Source of the DNA: an uncultured cyanobacterium | GTDB lineage: Bacteria; Cyanobacteriota; Cyanobacteriia; Cyanobacteriales; Nostocaceae | Direction: 5' to 3' | Length of the DNA: 64,000 nucleotides | Assembly (NCBI GenBank): GCA_963706595.1 | Contig: OY970166.1 | Span: 2,304,001 to 2,368,000 of the forward strand | In this document: positions 8,624-19,916 of the stretch, in pieces | How the letters are laid out: each line of letters begins with the position of its first letter | Position numbering within the stretch: position 1 is the first letter of the stretch | Program-made: the position numbers and the translations under genes | Notes under the pieces: model-generated | Database searches by the model: none | Seen by the model: only the letters and a program-made list of their open reading frames with translations | Told to the model about the DNA's origin: nothing

Positions 8624-11068
8624 ATGAGCAACAATTCTGCAAAATCAGGCTTTTGGGCTTATGTGGCTGAATGTGGACGCTTACTTTATTGGACTTACTT
8701 CAAGCCTTTTACCTTGGAAAATTGGTTGCGTGACATCCATCCAAGACTTGAACCAGGAGATAACCCCTTTGATAAGCAGGCTGAGTTTGGCACAAATCCT
8801 CGGTTGCGTCGCTATGCTGGTCAGGTTTGGTGGCTAACTGCCGTAGTCCCAATATTGGCTGTATTATTAGTTGCACTAATTTACACTCTGGCTAGTGGTG
8901 AGTCATTTGACTGGTTCAGAAGTGGTACTTTTTTGGCAGGCTGGTTTTTAGGAAGGGTTTTAAACCGTGGAGGCAATAAGAATAGAGTTGTTATTGTCCT
9001 GATTGCAAACTTGAGCGTATTTTTAGCAAGTCAATTTTTATCAGGCGTGGCGTTCGGCGTGGCGTTCGGCGTGGCGGCAGGCGTGGCGTTCGGCTTGACG
9101 TTCGGCGTGGCGGTAGGCTTGGCGGTAGGCGTGGCGTTCGGCTTGGTGGTAGGCGTGGCGTTCGGCTTGGCGGTAGGCGTGGCGTTCGGCTTGGCGGTAG
9201 GCTTGGTGGTAGGCGTGGCGTTCGGCGTGGCGTTCGGCGTGGCGTTCGGCGTGGCGTTCGGCGTGGCGGTAGGCGTGGTGGTAGGCGTGGCGTTCGGCTT
9301 GGTGTTCGGCGTGGCGTTCGGCGTGGCGTTCGGCGTGGCGTTCGGCGTGGCGTTCGGCGTGGCGTTCGGCGTGGCGTGGATTTTGGGTGTATTGCGAATT
9401 TACTTCTGGCTACCAGAATTACTGTGGATACTCATACTCTTTTTGACTTCTGCCAATGGAAAACGGGTAAATTGTTTACGATATCTACCACCTCGCTTTG
9501 ATGAACTGATTATTTTGCCTCTGCCTTTTATGGAACAGATAATTGTAGAGGCTTATCAAGAGAACCCAGAAGCAGCCCTTGATACTATTGATTACCTGAT
9601 TAGTTTTACCAATCAGCAAAAAGTTGCGGCAAAGGCAATTACTGAGATTGCTATAGATAGTCTCAATCGTTGTCAAAGGTTGAGCGATATTGTAGACATT
9701 GCCAACCAACTGGCTTGGATTCCCTCACCACCACCAAAAGAACTTGGCACGGTTTTTCCTCAATTTTTAGATATTAGCCAGGATGTCAGGGCATTACAGG
9801 AAGCTACTTCGCCCTATCGTCAGTATGAGTTACTCAATACTCCCATCAGTGCATTACAAGAAATTTCCAACAGTCTTGCTTTTGGTAAAAATACTTTCAC
9901 AGCTACTAAGTTTGGTAGCATTGTGCAACGCTGGCTGACAATTCTAGAGACGGCACAGCGTACTTTAGAGGAAACAGCAAAACAATCACAAGAAATTAAA
10001 CAAGTTTATATTGCTAGTAATTCCCTAGACCCCGCAACAGCCAAGCATCGCTTCAAAGGCAGAATTGATATATTTCGAGAAATCGAAACTTTGGCAGTTT
10101 CCGAATCACCACCAGTATTGTTACTCTATGGTGGACGCAAAACAGGAAAAACCTCAGCGCTGAAATATTTACCCCACAAAATAGGCTCAAATATTATACC
10201 TTTGCTGGTGGACGTACAGGGAGCAGCATCAGCAATAACATTGAAAGGCTTTGCAGAAAACTTAGCTAGACAAATGATCGACGCTGCAAGGCAATTACCC
10301 CGAAAATTATACTTGTCTAATCCCGATAGCAATAAGCTAGCTGAAGATCCATTTCCAGCGCTGCAAACTTGGCTAACTGAAATAGAACACCAATATTCTG
10401 ATAAGCGATTTCTTCTCTGTTTTGATGAATATGAGCGATTGAGTGAGGTAGTGAAAGAAACAAATAGCCGTGCGCCTCTCAATTTTATTCGTAACCTGCT
10501 GCAACACCACAAAAAATGGATTTTGCTGTTCAGTGGTTCTCACCAGCTATCTGAACTTGATGATTATTGGAGTGATTATTTAATTAACACGCGCGCTTTG
10601 CGGATGAGTTTCTTGCAAGAATCAGAAGCCCGTGAGTTGATTCTACAGCCTGTGGAAGATTTCCCCAACATCTATGAACCAACTGCTGTAGATGCAATTA
10701 TTGAACTTACTCACTGTCAACCTTACCTCGTTCAGTTGGTATGTTCAGAATTGGTGGAGTTACTCAACCGGGATATTAGGAGAAATCAGCGACAAACAAA
10801 TACAGCCCAAGCCACTGCACAGGACGTACAAGCAATTATTCCCAAAGCGCTTGAGAGAGGTGTTCATTATTTCCGCGAATTATGGACAAGTTTAGAAGAT
10901 AGCGAGCGAAGTTTACTGCGGCGGGTAATTCAAGGCAAAACTCCCACACAGCAAGATAAAGGAGTTGTGCGAAAACTTGCACGCAAAGAAATTTTGACTC
11001 AAGAAGGCAATGCCTTTCAAGTCCCTTTGGTGCAAAGATTTGTAGAACAGTTGCTAGAAGATGAGTGA
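8624..11068 (+). CDS. Membrane protein with Gly-zipper repeats and C-terminal STAND/AAA-like NTPase
   Basis: N-terminal TM helices, (GVAF)n tract, FKGR, Walker A GGRKTGKT, Walker [17 protein letters not shown] motif. Confidence 0.85.
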   Translation: MSNNSAKSGFWAYVAECGRLLYWTYFKPFTLENWLRDIHPRLEPGDNPFDKQAEFGTNPRLRRYAGQVWWLTAVVPILAVLLVALIYTLASGESFDWFRSGTFLAGWFLGRVLNRGGNKNRVVIVLIANLSVFLASQFLSGVAFGVAFGVAAGVAFGLTFGVAVGLAVGVAFGLVVGVAFGLAVGVAFGLAVGLVVGVAFGVAFGVAFGVAFGVAVGVVVGVAFGLVFGVAFGVAFGVAFGVAFGVAFGVAWILGVLRIYFWLPELLWILILFLTSANGKRVNCLRYLPPRFDELIILPLPFMEQIIVEAYQENPEAALDTIDYLISFTNQQKVAAKAITEIAIDSLNRCQRLSDIVDIANQLAWIPSPPPKELGTVFPQFLDISQDVRALQEATSPYRQYELLNTPISALQEISNSLAFGKNTFTATKFGSIVQRWLTILETAQRTLEETAKQSQEIKQVYIASNSLDPATAKHRFKGRIDIFREIETLAVSESPPVLLLYGGRKTGKTSALKYLPHKIGSNIIPLLVDVQGAASAITLKGFAENLARQMIDAARQLPRKLYLSNPDSNKLAEDPFPALQTWLTEIEHQYSDKRFLLCFDEYERLSEVVKETNSRAPLNFIRNLLQHHKKWILLFSGSHQLSELDDYWSDYLINTRALRMSFLQESEARELILQPVEDFPNIYEPTAVDAIIELTHCQPYLVQLVCSELVELLNRDIRRNQRQTNTAQATAQDVQAIIPKALERGVHYFRELWTSLEDSERSLLRRVIQGKTPTQQDKGVVRKLARKEILTQEGNAFQVPLVQRFVEQLLEDE
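9044..9376 (+). repeat. Coding 12-bp tandem repeat (GGCGTGGCGTTC consensus, ~28 units)
   Basis: Directly visible. Encodes G-[VL]-[AVT]-[FVA] tetrapeptides. Confidence 0.97.
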
Positions 11069-11096
11069 TTCTCACTTCATCTTGCTCAAACTGATT

Positions 11097-11942
11097 TTAT
11101 GTATGAAATATGACGCTCACTAGCGGTAGAAATGCCAACAAAAAACTATGCCAAGACAGAGAGTTGATTTCTGCTGTGGGTTCTGGTGGTGCTAATAAAG
11201 CTTCTATTCTCTGTTCTAAGCGGTCGCTTCCACTAGCCCCTAAAGCCGCACAGCAAATTTCTGATGATACACTGCTACTGCTATTACTCACCACCATCAG
11301 CAATGACTCTGCTAATAGCAAAGGGTCTACCTGTGAAGCCGCGTAACTGTCAGCCCGTAATTCACGCAAAGCTAAGAGTTCCTCCCACAAAGCATCTGTA
11401 TTGGGTAGCCAACTGGTACAAGCACGTACCCAACCCAGCCAGAAAAACCAAAATGTGTCTCGGTAATGGTAATGACCTTGTTCATGCGCTAAAACACTAT
11501 CTACATGGGCAGGAGACAGGGTTTGCAGCAATCCTTGACTAACTACTAATTCTGGATGCCAAAAGCCTATTTGACCCGCAAAGGGCGCGTCTGTGTTCAG
11601 TAATCTAACTTGTTTACCCTGAATATTTACTAGGGGAGATTTACGGGCAGATTCTACAGATTGGCAACCTTGGAAGGCTAGAATAATGCACAAAATGGCA
11701 AAAAATCCTAGCAGAATTAATGCTAGTTCATAACTCCACCAGCCAGTGTGTATCCCGCCCATTTTGCCTTGAGGCCCCATGAAGAGGACAGCGATCGCCG
11801 TCATGAAAATTAACAATGGGGGGAAGAGAAATAAAAATAGCGATCGCCGCCATCGGATATCCCAATTACCTTGGAGATGATTCCCAGAGTGTCTTAAACT
11901 CCAAGCAACTGTGATAGCAGTCAAAATCATCATCAAATGCAT
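11097..11942 (-). CDS. M56 (BlaR1-like) membrane metallopeptidase
   Basis: HEQGH zinc motif, ELRAD, TM helices, directly downstream of a BlaI-like repressor. Confidence 0.9.
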   Translation of the reverse strand: MHLMMILTAITVAWSLRHSGNHLQGNWDIRWRRSLFLFLFPPLLIFMTAIAVLFMGPQGKMGGIHTGWWSYELALILLGFFAILCIILAFQGCQSVESARKSPLVNIQGKQVRLLNTDAPFAGQIGFWHPELVVSQGLLQTLSPAHVDSVLAHEQGHYHYRDTFWFFWLGWVRACTSWLPNTDALWEELLALRELRADSYAASQVDPLLLAESLLMVVSNSSSSVSSEICCAALGASGSDRLEQRIEALLAPPEPTAEINSLSWHSFLLAFLPLVSVIFHT

Positions 11943-11944
11943 GA

Positions 11945-12364
11945 TTATTGTTCCTCCCTGGCTTGGCGTGCGGCTTGAATGCGTTGAGCGATCGCTTCTA
12001 GTTGGTCGCTGGCGGCTGCATCTAGACTATCAGCAAAGGCAGCGATCACATCAGGATTACCCACGGCGAGAAATTTCTGTAACTGGTCATGCGCCTTAAT
12101 TACCTGTGCTTGCTGCTTTGTCAGCTTTGGTAGCCAATAAAATGCCCGTCCTTGTTTGTTACAGGCTAACCAACCTTTATCGGTGAGACGACGTAAAACT
12201 GTAGTTACCGAAGTGTAAGCGAGTTCCCGGTTGGGGTCTGAGAGAATGCGATCGTGTACATCTTTGACTGTAGCTGAACCCAGTTCCCAGATAATATTCA
12301 AGATTTCTGCTTCCAAAGGTCCTACAGACATTTGTTTAGGGCGGTAGTCAGGTAAAGGTGCCAT
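11945..12364 (-). CDS. BlaI/MecI/CopY family transcriptional regulator
   Basis: LEAEILNIIW...LAYTSVTTVLRRLTDKGWL winged HTH. Confidence 0.92.
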   Translation of the reverse strand: MAPLPDYRPKQMSVGPLEAEILNIIWELGSATVKDVHDRILSDPNRELAYTSVTTVLRRLTDKGWLACNKQGRAFYWLPKLTKQQAQVIKAHDQLQKFLAVGNPDVIAAFADSLDAAASDQLEAIAQRIQAARQAREEQ

Positions 12365-12642
12365 ATTGATTTTGTAACGAATTGTAGAGGTGGGATCTGG
12401 GGATTGCCAAGATTTCCTCTCTATTTTGCCAAGTCATAGCGGATTAAAACCGTTTGTGCTGGGATTTATTCTGTTTTCAGATTACCTTTGTTTGTCTGCG
12501 CTGACATCAATTTTGCCATCATACATAAAAAATACTCTGGTCTAAGGATAAGAAATACTCGGAATTTAACTGTGATTATGGTGAATGACACCCATTAGAA
12601 TGTAATCTCGGCAATAGTATTTAGAGCAGGTTTATCCACCGC

Positions 12643-13377
12643 GTGAAGCTATTCATATACCACACTCCGGAATTGACTCCTATCGGCGAAACTCCAGACT
12701 GCGCGATCGCAGTTGATGTTTTGCGGGCTACTAGCACCATAGCGACTGTTTTGGCATCTGGTGGCGAAGCTGTGCAAGTCTTCAGCGATTTAGAACAACT
12801 GATTGCAGTCAGCGAAAAATGGCCGCCGGAAAAACGACTCCGAGCTGGAGAACGCGGCGGTGCTAAAGTTGCTGGCTTTGAATTGGGTAACTCTCCCCTT
12901 GACTGCACACGGGAAGTAGTGGAGGGGCGGCGATTATTTATCAGTACCACCAATGGAACTCGCGCCTTACAACGGATAGAACACTCCCCCAGTGTACTGG
13001 CCGCAGCTTTGATTAATCGGGCGGCGGTGGTGCAGTATCTCCTGGATAAACAACCAGAGACTGTGTGGATTGTCGGTTCTGGTTGGGAAGGTACTTTTTC
13101 TTTAGAAGATACAGTTTGTGCTGGGGCGATCGCTCATAGTCTTGCAGAGAAGTCCAAATTTTCTCAAGACGAATTAGCTGGTAACGATGAAGTGATTAGT
13201 GCGATCGCGCTTTACTCACAATGGCAAAATGACTTATTGGGATTATTCCACCAAGCCAGCCACGGCAAAAGATTACTACGTCTGGAATCACACGAAGATT
13301 TAAAATATTGCGCTCAAACCGATATTTTAGATGTCTTGCCCATACAGCAAGAACTGGGGGTGTTAAAAAGCCAGTAA
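12643..13377 (+). CDS. comB: 2-phosphosulfolactate phosphatase family protein
   Basis: [24 protein letters not shown] and SLED motifs. Confidence 0.9.
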   Translation: MKLFIYHTPELTPIGETPDCAIAVDVLRATSTIATVLASGGEAVQVFSDLEQLIAVSEKWPPEKRLRAGERGGAKVAGFELGNSPLDCTREVVEGRRLFISTTNGTRALQRIEHSPSVLAAALINRAAVVQYLLDKQPETVWIVGSGWEGTFSLEDTVCAGAIAHSLAEKSKFSQDELAGNDEVISAIALYSQWQNDLLGLFHQASHGKRLLRLESHEDLKYCAQTDILDVLPIQQELGVLKSQ

Positions 13378-13459
13378 CTAAAAAATTCTTTTTCTGTTTG
13401 AAGATGCCCTTTTCTAGATTATAATCTGGAAAGGGGTATATTTAATTAAATGCAATATT

Positions 13460-14077
13460 TTATAAACCTTGTAAGAATTGCTTCATAGCATCAAATGCAG
13501 GGCTATCCCACGGTAAATAACCCGCCTTTGCTGCTTCTCCTAAACGTTTATCTGGTTCTATTTGCGACGATAGCCAAGCACGTATACGTGCTTTTGAGAT
13601 ATCTTTAGGTTTGGGTTGCCGTTGTGCTGTGTTGTAAACACACTCAAAGTAATTGTCTATGCATTGTATAGCTTTATCTGTTTTTATCGCCTCTAAGCAG
13701 ACATCTTCAAGCATTCCACTATCTTGATATTCTGGAAGAATTAATATGCTAACTTTTGGACTATCCCCTACAATTTCTTTTGGGTAGTTTGGTACAGGTA
13801 ATTTGGCATTTTTTAAAGAGCCACATATACTATCAAATGCACTTTTTGTAGACTCATCTGCATCCCTGGTGATACCCAGAGAAACAATGTCTCTAAAACC
13901 AGGGCGCAAAAATAGTTGTTTCAAATAATTACCCAGTGCTTGCTTACCTCCATACTGTTCTACCTGAATATCAGTAATGTTGAGATGCTTGAGCAAAGCA
14001 TTAAAAAACAATACTTCCTCAGAACCTTCACCAATAAGTAATTTTGGTTTTGATAATTCTAGAGATTTGCTAGACAT
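13460..14077 (-). CDS. TOPRIM-like protein (DUF3226-like)
   Basis: IGEGSEE and RDAD motifs plus GMLED. The ATG at 14077 overlaps the upstream TGA (TGATG). Confidence 0.75.
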   Translation of the reverse strand: MSSKSLELSKPKLLIGEGSEEVLFFNALLKHLNITDIQVEQYGGKQALGNYLKQLFLRPGFRDIVSLGITRDADESTKSAFDSICGSLKNAKLPVPNYPKEIVGDSPKVSILILPEYQDSGMLEDVCLEAIKTDKAIQCIDNYFECVYNTAQRQPKPKDISKARIRAWLSSQIEPDKRLGEAAKAGYLPWDSPAFDAMKQFLQGL

Positions 14078-15180
14078 CAGCGAATCTCCCAATCAAATTC
14101 TTCTGAGGTTTCTAAGGCTTCTTTATCGTATGTAAAGGCTTGAATTTTATCTTTGACTCTTTCAAGTCGATGGTAACGAAAATCGTATTTCTCGCTATTC
14201 TCAAATGCTTCATGAGCTGCAATAATACATTCCCGACTATGGGTAGTGGCAAATATTTGTACATCTGCTCGGCGAGCCGCATCAGCTATGGCTCTCCAGA
14301 CATCAGTTAAAACTGAATAATGTAAGCCATTTTCAATCTCGTCAATTAAAATAGTCCCGCCTTTAGCATTAGCTATTGCCAATATAATTGAGAGTAAACG
14401 TCTCATTCCTTCTCCCATCAGGGGTAATGGAACTAACTCACGCATACCTATATCACCATTGATTATTGGTTCACGCTTGATGATTAGCAAACTCAAGCGG
14501 CGCAAACGAGGCTCTAATAACTGGAGTGTTTCTAAAACTTCATTTTGCCTTCCAATTCGTTCTAAATGGCTAAAACGTTCAGCGTCTTCTATTGGTGAGC
14601 TTGTAGTAGTTGTAAGATAGATACCTAAAGGGAATTTTTCTCGCCGATAACGCGTACCCAGTAATTTACTACCATCGGCTCTTAAAGAAATGCGTAGGGG
14701 CTGTTTTTCATTAGGATCTTGATACTCCCACTCTAACCTAGAGTATGGTCTGACCTCTGTTGTAAGTGATTCAGTAGTGAGTGATTCATCAACTTTGGCA
14801 CTGGTATTATGATAATTTAAAAGAGATAAATCATCTATTTGCTCTTCTTCTGACTCAAGAAGAAAAATTTTCAAAACTCGTTGTAAATTATTTGCTTCTA
14901 AATCACTGATTTCAATTACTTTCTCAATATCTTGGTTGAAGAAAAAACCTTTGATTTCTTCAATATCTTCAAATTTGATTCCTCCTCTGGAAATACCCCG
15001 CAAGCGATTAACCTGAAATAATGATTCAGGATTACTGGGGTTAATAAACATAAAAATAGCTTCTAAAAGAGATGTTTTACCAACATTATTTTTTCCTGCG
15101 ATTAAGTTTACTCGTTCCAGTGGCTCAAGAGTTAAGTTCTGGAAGCAACGAAAGTTTTTTAGTGTCAATGAGCGCAACAT
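14077..15180 (-). CDS. ABC-type ATPase (AAA_15/AAA_21, OLD/AriA-like)
   Basis: NFRCF, Walker A GKNNVGKT, MGEG signature, Walker B ILIDEIENGLH, TTHS. Confidence 0.88.
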   Translation of the reverse strand: MLRSLTLKNFRCFQNLTLEPLERVNLIAGKNNVGKTSLLEAIFMFINPSNPESLFQVNRLRGISRGGIKFEDIEEIKGFFFNQDIEKVIEISDLEANNLQRVLKIFLLESEEEQIDDLSLLNYHNTSAKVDESLTTESLTTEVRPYSRLEWEYQDPNEKQPLRISLRADGSKLLGTRYRREKFPLGIYLTTTTSSPIEDAERFSHLERIGRQNEVLETLQLLEPRLRRLSLLIIKREPIINGDIGMRELVPLPLMGEGMRRLLSIILAIANAKGGTILIDEIENGLHYSVLTDVWRAIADAARRADVQIFATTHSRECIIAAHEAFENSEKYDFRYHRLERVKDKIQAFTYDKEALETSEEFDWEIR

Positions 15181-15382
15181 GATTTAATTTATCGCCTCAG
15201 CAAAAGCTGTTTACTCTTAACAGCTTATCTCCTCTGTCATCTAGCAGTTAACTTTCATAGGATAATTTCTGAAAAAGTCTTTTGACAAGCACTCAAGAAT
15301 CATATCCTCCTTTAATATAAAAAAATCCCCTAGCATGACGACCAGGGGTAAAAGTTTCTAATTAAGTGACTTGGTGGAAATA

Positions 15383-17836
15383 CTAGCCAGCATTAGCCAA
15401 GAGTAACTCTCGCTTTTCTGAGCCATGTATTGTTACCTGATTGTCATCATCAACATCCACGGTGGCTGTAACTCCCTCGGTGACTTGACCAGATAGCATG
15501 GCTTCAGCCAGAGGGTCTTCTAACAAACGCATAATTGCTCGGCGTAACGGTCTCGCACCGTAACTGGGGTTATAGCCTTCTTCCACTACACGCTCTTTAA
15601 AGCGTTCTGTAACTTCTAAGGTAATTCCCTTTTCAGTCAAGCGATTAGCCAGTTCACGCAGCAGAATATCAGCAATTTGCTTGACTTCATCTTTAGCAAG
15701 CTGGGTGAAGACGATAATATCATCCAAGCGGTTGAGGAATTCTGGTCGGAAATAAGCTTTCAGTTCTTCATTCACTAAGGTACGAATGCGGTTGTAGCTT
15801 GCGTCGGCCGCAGTCTCAAAGTCAAAGCCTAAACCACCACCACCTTTTTCGATTACCTTAGAACCAATGTTGGAAGTCAGAATAATCAGTGTATTCTTGA
15901 AGTCCACTTTCCGACCTTTTGCGTCGGTGAGGTGTCCATCATCCAAAAGTTGCAGCAGCATATTAAATACGTCAGGATGCGCTTTTTCGATTTCGTCGAA
16001 GAGAATCACTGAGTATGGTTTGCGGCGCACGGCTTCTGTCAGTTGTCCGCCATCGTCGTATCCTACGTAACCAGGAGGTGAACCAATCAGTTTGGAAACT
16101 GTATGTCCTTCCATGTATTCGGACATATCTAGGCGAATCATCGCTTCTTCGCTACTAAAGAAGTAAGATGCTAAGGATTTGGCTAATTCTGTTTTACCAA
16201 CTCCGGTAGGTCCAGAGAAAATAAAACTAGCAATGGGGCGATTGGGATTTTTTAACCCGACTCTGGCGCGACGGATAGCGCGAGATACGGCTGTAACTGC
16301 TTGCTCTTGACCAATTAACCGTTCGTGGAGTGTGTCTTCTAGGTGCAGCAGCAACTCTGACTCAGATTCGGTGAGTTTGTTGACTGGTACTCCTGTCCAA
16401 GAGGCGACGATTTGAGCAATGTCTTCCTCATTCACAATCAGGGACTTGACAAAATCCTCAGCTTGTGGTTCAAACTGCATATCGGCTTCGAGTTTGATTT
16501 CCTCGCCGCGCAGTTCTCCAGCTTTGCCAAAGTTCTGAGTTCTAACTGCTTCCTCTTTGGCTTTCGTCACACCGACTAATTGCTTTTTGAGTTCTTTATC
16601 GATAGAAACGCGAGAGTTCCGCAACCGCACACGAGAACCAGCTTCGTCAATCAAGTCAATTGCTTTATCTGGAAGAAAGCGATCGCTGATGTAACGATCT
16701 GACAACTCGGCGGCTGCTAGAATTGCTTCATCAGAAATATGTACTTTGTGGTGCTGCTCGTAAGCTCCGCGCAAGCCATAGAGAATTTCCACAGTTTCTT
16801 CGATTGAGGGTTCCCCAATTAAAACTGATTGGAAACGACGCTCTAAAGCCGCATCACGCTCAATATGCTGACGATACTCATTGAGAGTGGTTGCACCAAT
16901 ACACTGGAGTTCACCCCGTGCTAAGGCAGGTTTAAGGATATTAGCTGCATCTAAACCGCCTTCTGTACCACCAGCACCAACTAAGGTGTGAACTTCGTCA
17001 ATTACCAGAATAATATTGCCAGCAGAACGGACTTCTTCGACAATTTTCTTCAGGCGTTCTTCAAAGTCGCCACGAAACCGGGTTCCAGACACTACCATGC
17101 CCATATCAAGACTGATAACTTGCTTATCTAGCAAGATTTCCGGTGCATCTTGATTGACAATACGTTGAGCTAGTCCTTCTGCGATCGCAGTTTTACCAAC
17201 TCCTGGTTCACCGATTAATATGGGATTATTCTTGGTGCGGCGACCGAGAATTTGGATAGTCCGCTCAATTTCTTTGGCTCTTCCCACTACAGGGTCAAGC
17301 TTGCCTTCTTGGGCTAATTTAGTGAGGTTTCTGCCAAATTCCTCTAGGGTTACGCTTTGGCTGCGCTTAGAACCGCTACCTGTACCAGCGAAAACGGTTC
17401 CACCTTCACCCAAACGACGGATGACGTTTGTGCGGACATTTTTGAGGTCTACTCCTAGATTTTGCAGGACTTTGGCGGCGACACCTTCACCAGCCTCGGT
17501 TAATCCTAAGAGTAAGTGTTCGGTGTTGATGTAGTTATTTCCCAGACTATTAGCTTCTCGGAAAGATTGCTCGAATAAGCTTTTCACCTTGGGGGTAAAA
17601 GGAATTTCTGGTGGAACAAAACCAGAACCTCTACCGATAATTTTTTCAACTTCGCGGCGTGCTTCCTTGAGAGTTACGCCCAATTCGGCTAGCACTTTAG
17701 CAGCAACCCCAGTCCCTTCTCCGATTAGTCCCAGGAGAATTTGTTCAGTTCCTACGAAATTGTGTCCCAGGCGACGTGCTTCCTCCTGGGCTAACATAAT
17801 TACTTTAATGGCTTCGGAAGTGAAGTGTTCAAACAT
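15383..17836 (-). CDS. clpC: ATP-dependent Clp protease ATP-binding subunit ClpC (paralog)
   Basis: Clp-N repeats and two AAA modules ([16 protein letters not shown]), YGARPLRR. Confidence 0.95.
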   Translation of the reverse strand: MFEHFTSEAIKVIMLAQEEARRLGHNFVGTEQILLGLIGEGTGVAAKVLAELGVTLKEARREVEKIIGRGSGFVPPEIPFTPKVKSLFEQSFREANSLGNNYINTEHLLLGLTEAGEGVAAKVLQNLGVDLKNVRTNVIRRLGEGGTVFAGTGSGSKRSQSVTLEEFGRNLTKLAQEGKLDPVVGRAKEIERTIQILGRRTKNNPILIGEPGVGKTAIAEGLAQRIVNQDAPEILLDKQVISLDMGMVVSGTRFRGDFEERLKKIVEEVRSAGNIILVIDEVHTLVGAGGTEGGLDAANILKPALARGELQCIGATTLNEYRQHIERDAALERRFQSVLIGEPSIEETVEILYGLRGAYEQHHKVHISDEAILAAAELSDRYISDRFLPDKAIDLIDEAGSRVRLRNSRVSIDKELKKQLVGVTKAKEEAVRTQNFGKAGELRGEEIKLEADMQFEPQAEDFVKSLIVNEEDIAQIVASWTGVPVNKLTESESELLLHLEDTLHERLIGQEQAVTAVSRAIRRARVGLKNPNRPIASFIFSGPTGVGKTELAKSLASYFFSSEEAMIRLDMSEYMEGHTVSKLIGSPPGYVGYDDGGQLTEAVRRKPYSVILFDEIEKAHPDVFNMLLQLLDDGHLTDAKGRKVDFKNTLIILTSNIGSKVIEKGGGGLGFDFETAADASYNRIRTLVNEELKAYFRPEFLNRLDDIIVFTQLAKDEVKQIADILLRELANRLTEKGITLEVTERFKERVVEEGYNPSYGARPLRRAIMRLLEDPLAEAMLSGQVTEGVTATVDVDDDNQVTIHGSEKRELLLANAG

Positions 17837-18069
17837 AATGGGTTCTTGCTCCCTTGCTGCTTTGGGCTTTGGGTGAGCTATATATTCACCCGCATTTAAA
17901 CTTTTTTGTATTTTCTTAAAGATAATGTATCTTTATTTAAAGTTACATGGCAGTGGTGAGAGCCGTATGAGGTGGGGTGTGGTTGCCGTCATGATTTATG
18001 ATGGCGGAATAGAAACACGATTAAATCTGGACTGGGGATGAAGTAATAATCGAGGTATAGGTATAAATC

Positions 18070-18366
18070 ATGTCTGAATTACACGGGAATAAAGACCAAC
18101 AACATCCTCTCTATAACCGCGATCGCCCCTCCATTCACATTTTACTCGCTCAAGAGCCAACAAACTACAATTTAGCTGAATTAGCTAGATTAAAAATTCG
18201 TTATCAAGGCTTTCCAGGGGCGAGAGACATCCAACAAGATTTGGATAAAGCCTTGCAGCAATGGGGTTTGACGGAAGCTGAACTTTTTGAGAAAACTCGC
18301 CAGATGCATGATGTGGGGGGAATCTATCAAAGTCGCGGCAAAAAAGAAGAGGAAGATTGGAATTAG
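18070..18366 (+). CDS. Conserved cyanobacterial protein (DUF3288-like)
   Basis: QQHP...ELARLKIRYQGFPGA...EEEDW pattern. Confidence 0.75.
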   Translation: MSELHGNKDQQHPLYNRDRPSIHILLAQEPTNYNLAELARLKIRYQGFPGARDIQQDLDKALQQWGLTEAELFEKTRQMHDVGGIYQSRGKKEEEDWN

Positions 18367-18420
18367 GGAGTGGGGAGTGGGAGAAGACAAACTTAAATTT
18401 TCTTGCCTATCTCCCTGATA

Positions 18421-19899
18421 TTAATCATCTAAATTCCTTTCTTCTCCATATTTCCGCAGCTGCTTTAAAAGGTTTTCAGGGGATGACTCAGAAATTGCTG
18501 GGTTAATAATTGGTTGGGGGTTGAGTTCAAAAATATCCGCAGCAGGTATGGGTTGGATATTCAGCGCCTGTGGCTTTGGGGTGAGAGTGGGAAGCTCAAT
18601 TTTGGGTTTACTAACAGGAGGCTGCTTCACCACTGGTTGATTCACAGGAGGCTGTTTAACAGGAGGTTTGCTGACGGCTATTTTGAGGGAGTCTAAAGTA
18701 GCAGCTACCTTGACATCTTGCTGCATCTGTTCTGTGGAAGACACTAAGCCACTTAAACCATTGACCAACTGCAACAGATTTTGCCGGAAAGCTGGATCAC
18801 CTGTCAATTCGTCTAAATCAGAGGTAATTTTTTGGGTATTTTCAAAAGTTACCCTGGCTGAATCTAAGGTTTGCTGCATTAGCACTAGATTCTGAGGGTC
18901 ATTTAAAGTTTTAGAAGCGTCGCGTAAATTAGCTGAAGCTTGGGCTGCATTTGCTGACAGGCTTTCTAAATTGTTGAGTAATTCGCCTTGAGTTAGTCTA
19001 TCAAAGGCTGGTGAGAGGCTACTGACTGTCACCCGGAGTTGATTGCTAGTTTCGGTGATATTGTTCAAAGCACCAACTAAAGAACTCCGGTTGCTGGTCA
19101 CTAATTCATCTAGGTTACTCAACAACCGATTAGCTTGACTGGCTGTGGAACTAAATTCACTTGCTGTCGCCCCTAATTGGTCTACTGTTTTAGTGGCGGA
19201 TGCAGTAAGTTTATTTGTGGATTGTTGGACTGAATTAGCCGTGGTGGAGAATGTCCCTAGTTGTTGTTGAAAGCTTTTGGTTAAACCTTGAAAATCCTGA
19301 GTTAGGGATGCAACACCTGTAGCTGCTGCTGTTGAGCTTTCTAGAAGTCGATTCACGTTTTGGTAAAATGCTGGGTCACTGTATGTAGTGGCTAAATTGG
19401 TTGAAGAGCGAATTAGTTCATCAATGCTGATGCCAATTTGACCTGATAACCGAGAACCATTACAAATGATTAGGCTGTCATCACAATTATTATCGAGGGG
19501 TTTGGCGATTGCCCCAATCGGGATAGATGTTTTAGGTGTAATGTCAATTATACTTTCACTAATTAATCCACTCTGATTAGCTTCAATTACCACATCACTG
19601 GCAATCACTAAATCAGCTGGAGCAATTTCGATTTCCACCTCTACGGCATTTGAACCTGCTTTCACCCTAGAAATATTGCCTACTTTTACACCCCGATAAC
19701 GAACTGGTGCGCCTCTTTGCATCCCACCAGCATTAGCAAATTCCACCATAAACTTGTATGAATTGCTGCCTGCTGTAAATCTATTTAACCAGAGGACAAT
19801 CATCACAAATGCGCCCAATCCCAAGAGTATGAGCAACCCTACTGAGCCTTCTCTTAATGTGCGCTTAGACGCAAAGCTGTTTGTTATGATATCTCGCAT
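18421..19899 (-). CDS. MlaD/MCE family lipid transport protein (Ycf22/TGD2-like)
   Basis: N-terminal TM, GAPVRYRGVKVG MCE motif, long helical region, Pro-rich tail. Confidence 0.9.
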   Translation of the reverse strand: MRDIITNSFASKRTLREGSVGLLILLGLGAFVMIVLWLNRFTAGSNSYKFMVEFANAGGMQRGAPVRYRGVKVGNISRVKAGSNAVEVEIEIAPADLVIASDVVIEANQSGLISESIIDITPKTSIPIGAIAKPLDNNCDDSLIICNGSRLSGQIGISIDELIRSSTNLATTYSDPAFYQNVNRLLESSTAAATGVASLTQDFQGLTKSFQQQLGTFSTTANSVQQSTNKLTASATKTVDQLGATASEFSSTASQANRLLSNLDELVTSNRSSLVGALNNITETSNQLRVTVSSLSPAFDRLTQGELLNNLESLSANAAQASANLRDASKTLNDPQNLVLMQQTLDSARVTFENTQKITSDLDELTGDPAFRQNLLQLVNGLSGLVSSTEQMQQDVKVAATLDSLKIAVSKPPVKQPPVNQPVVKQPPVSKPKIELPTLTPKPQALNIQPIPAADIFELNPQPIINPAISESSPENLLKQLRKYGEERNLDD

Positions 19900-19916
19900 A
19901 TTATTTCTCCATCGAC

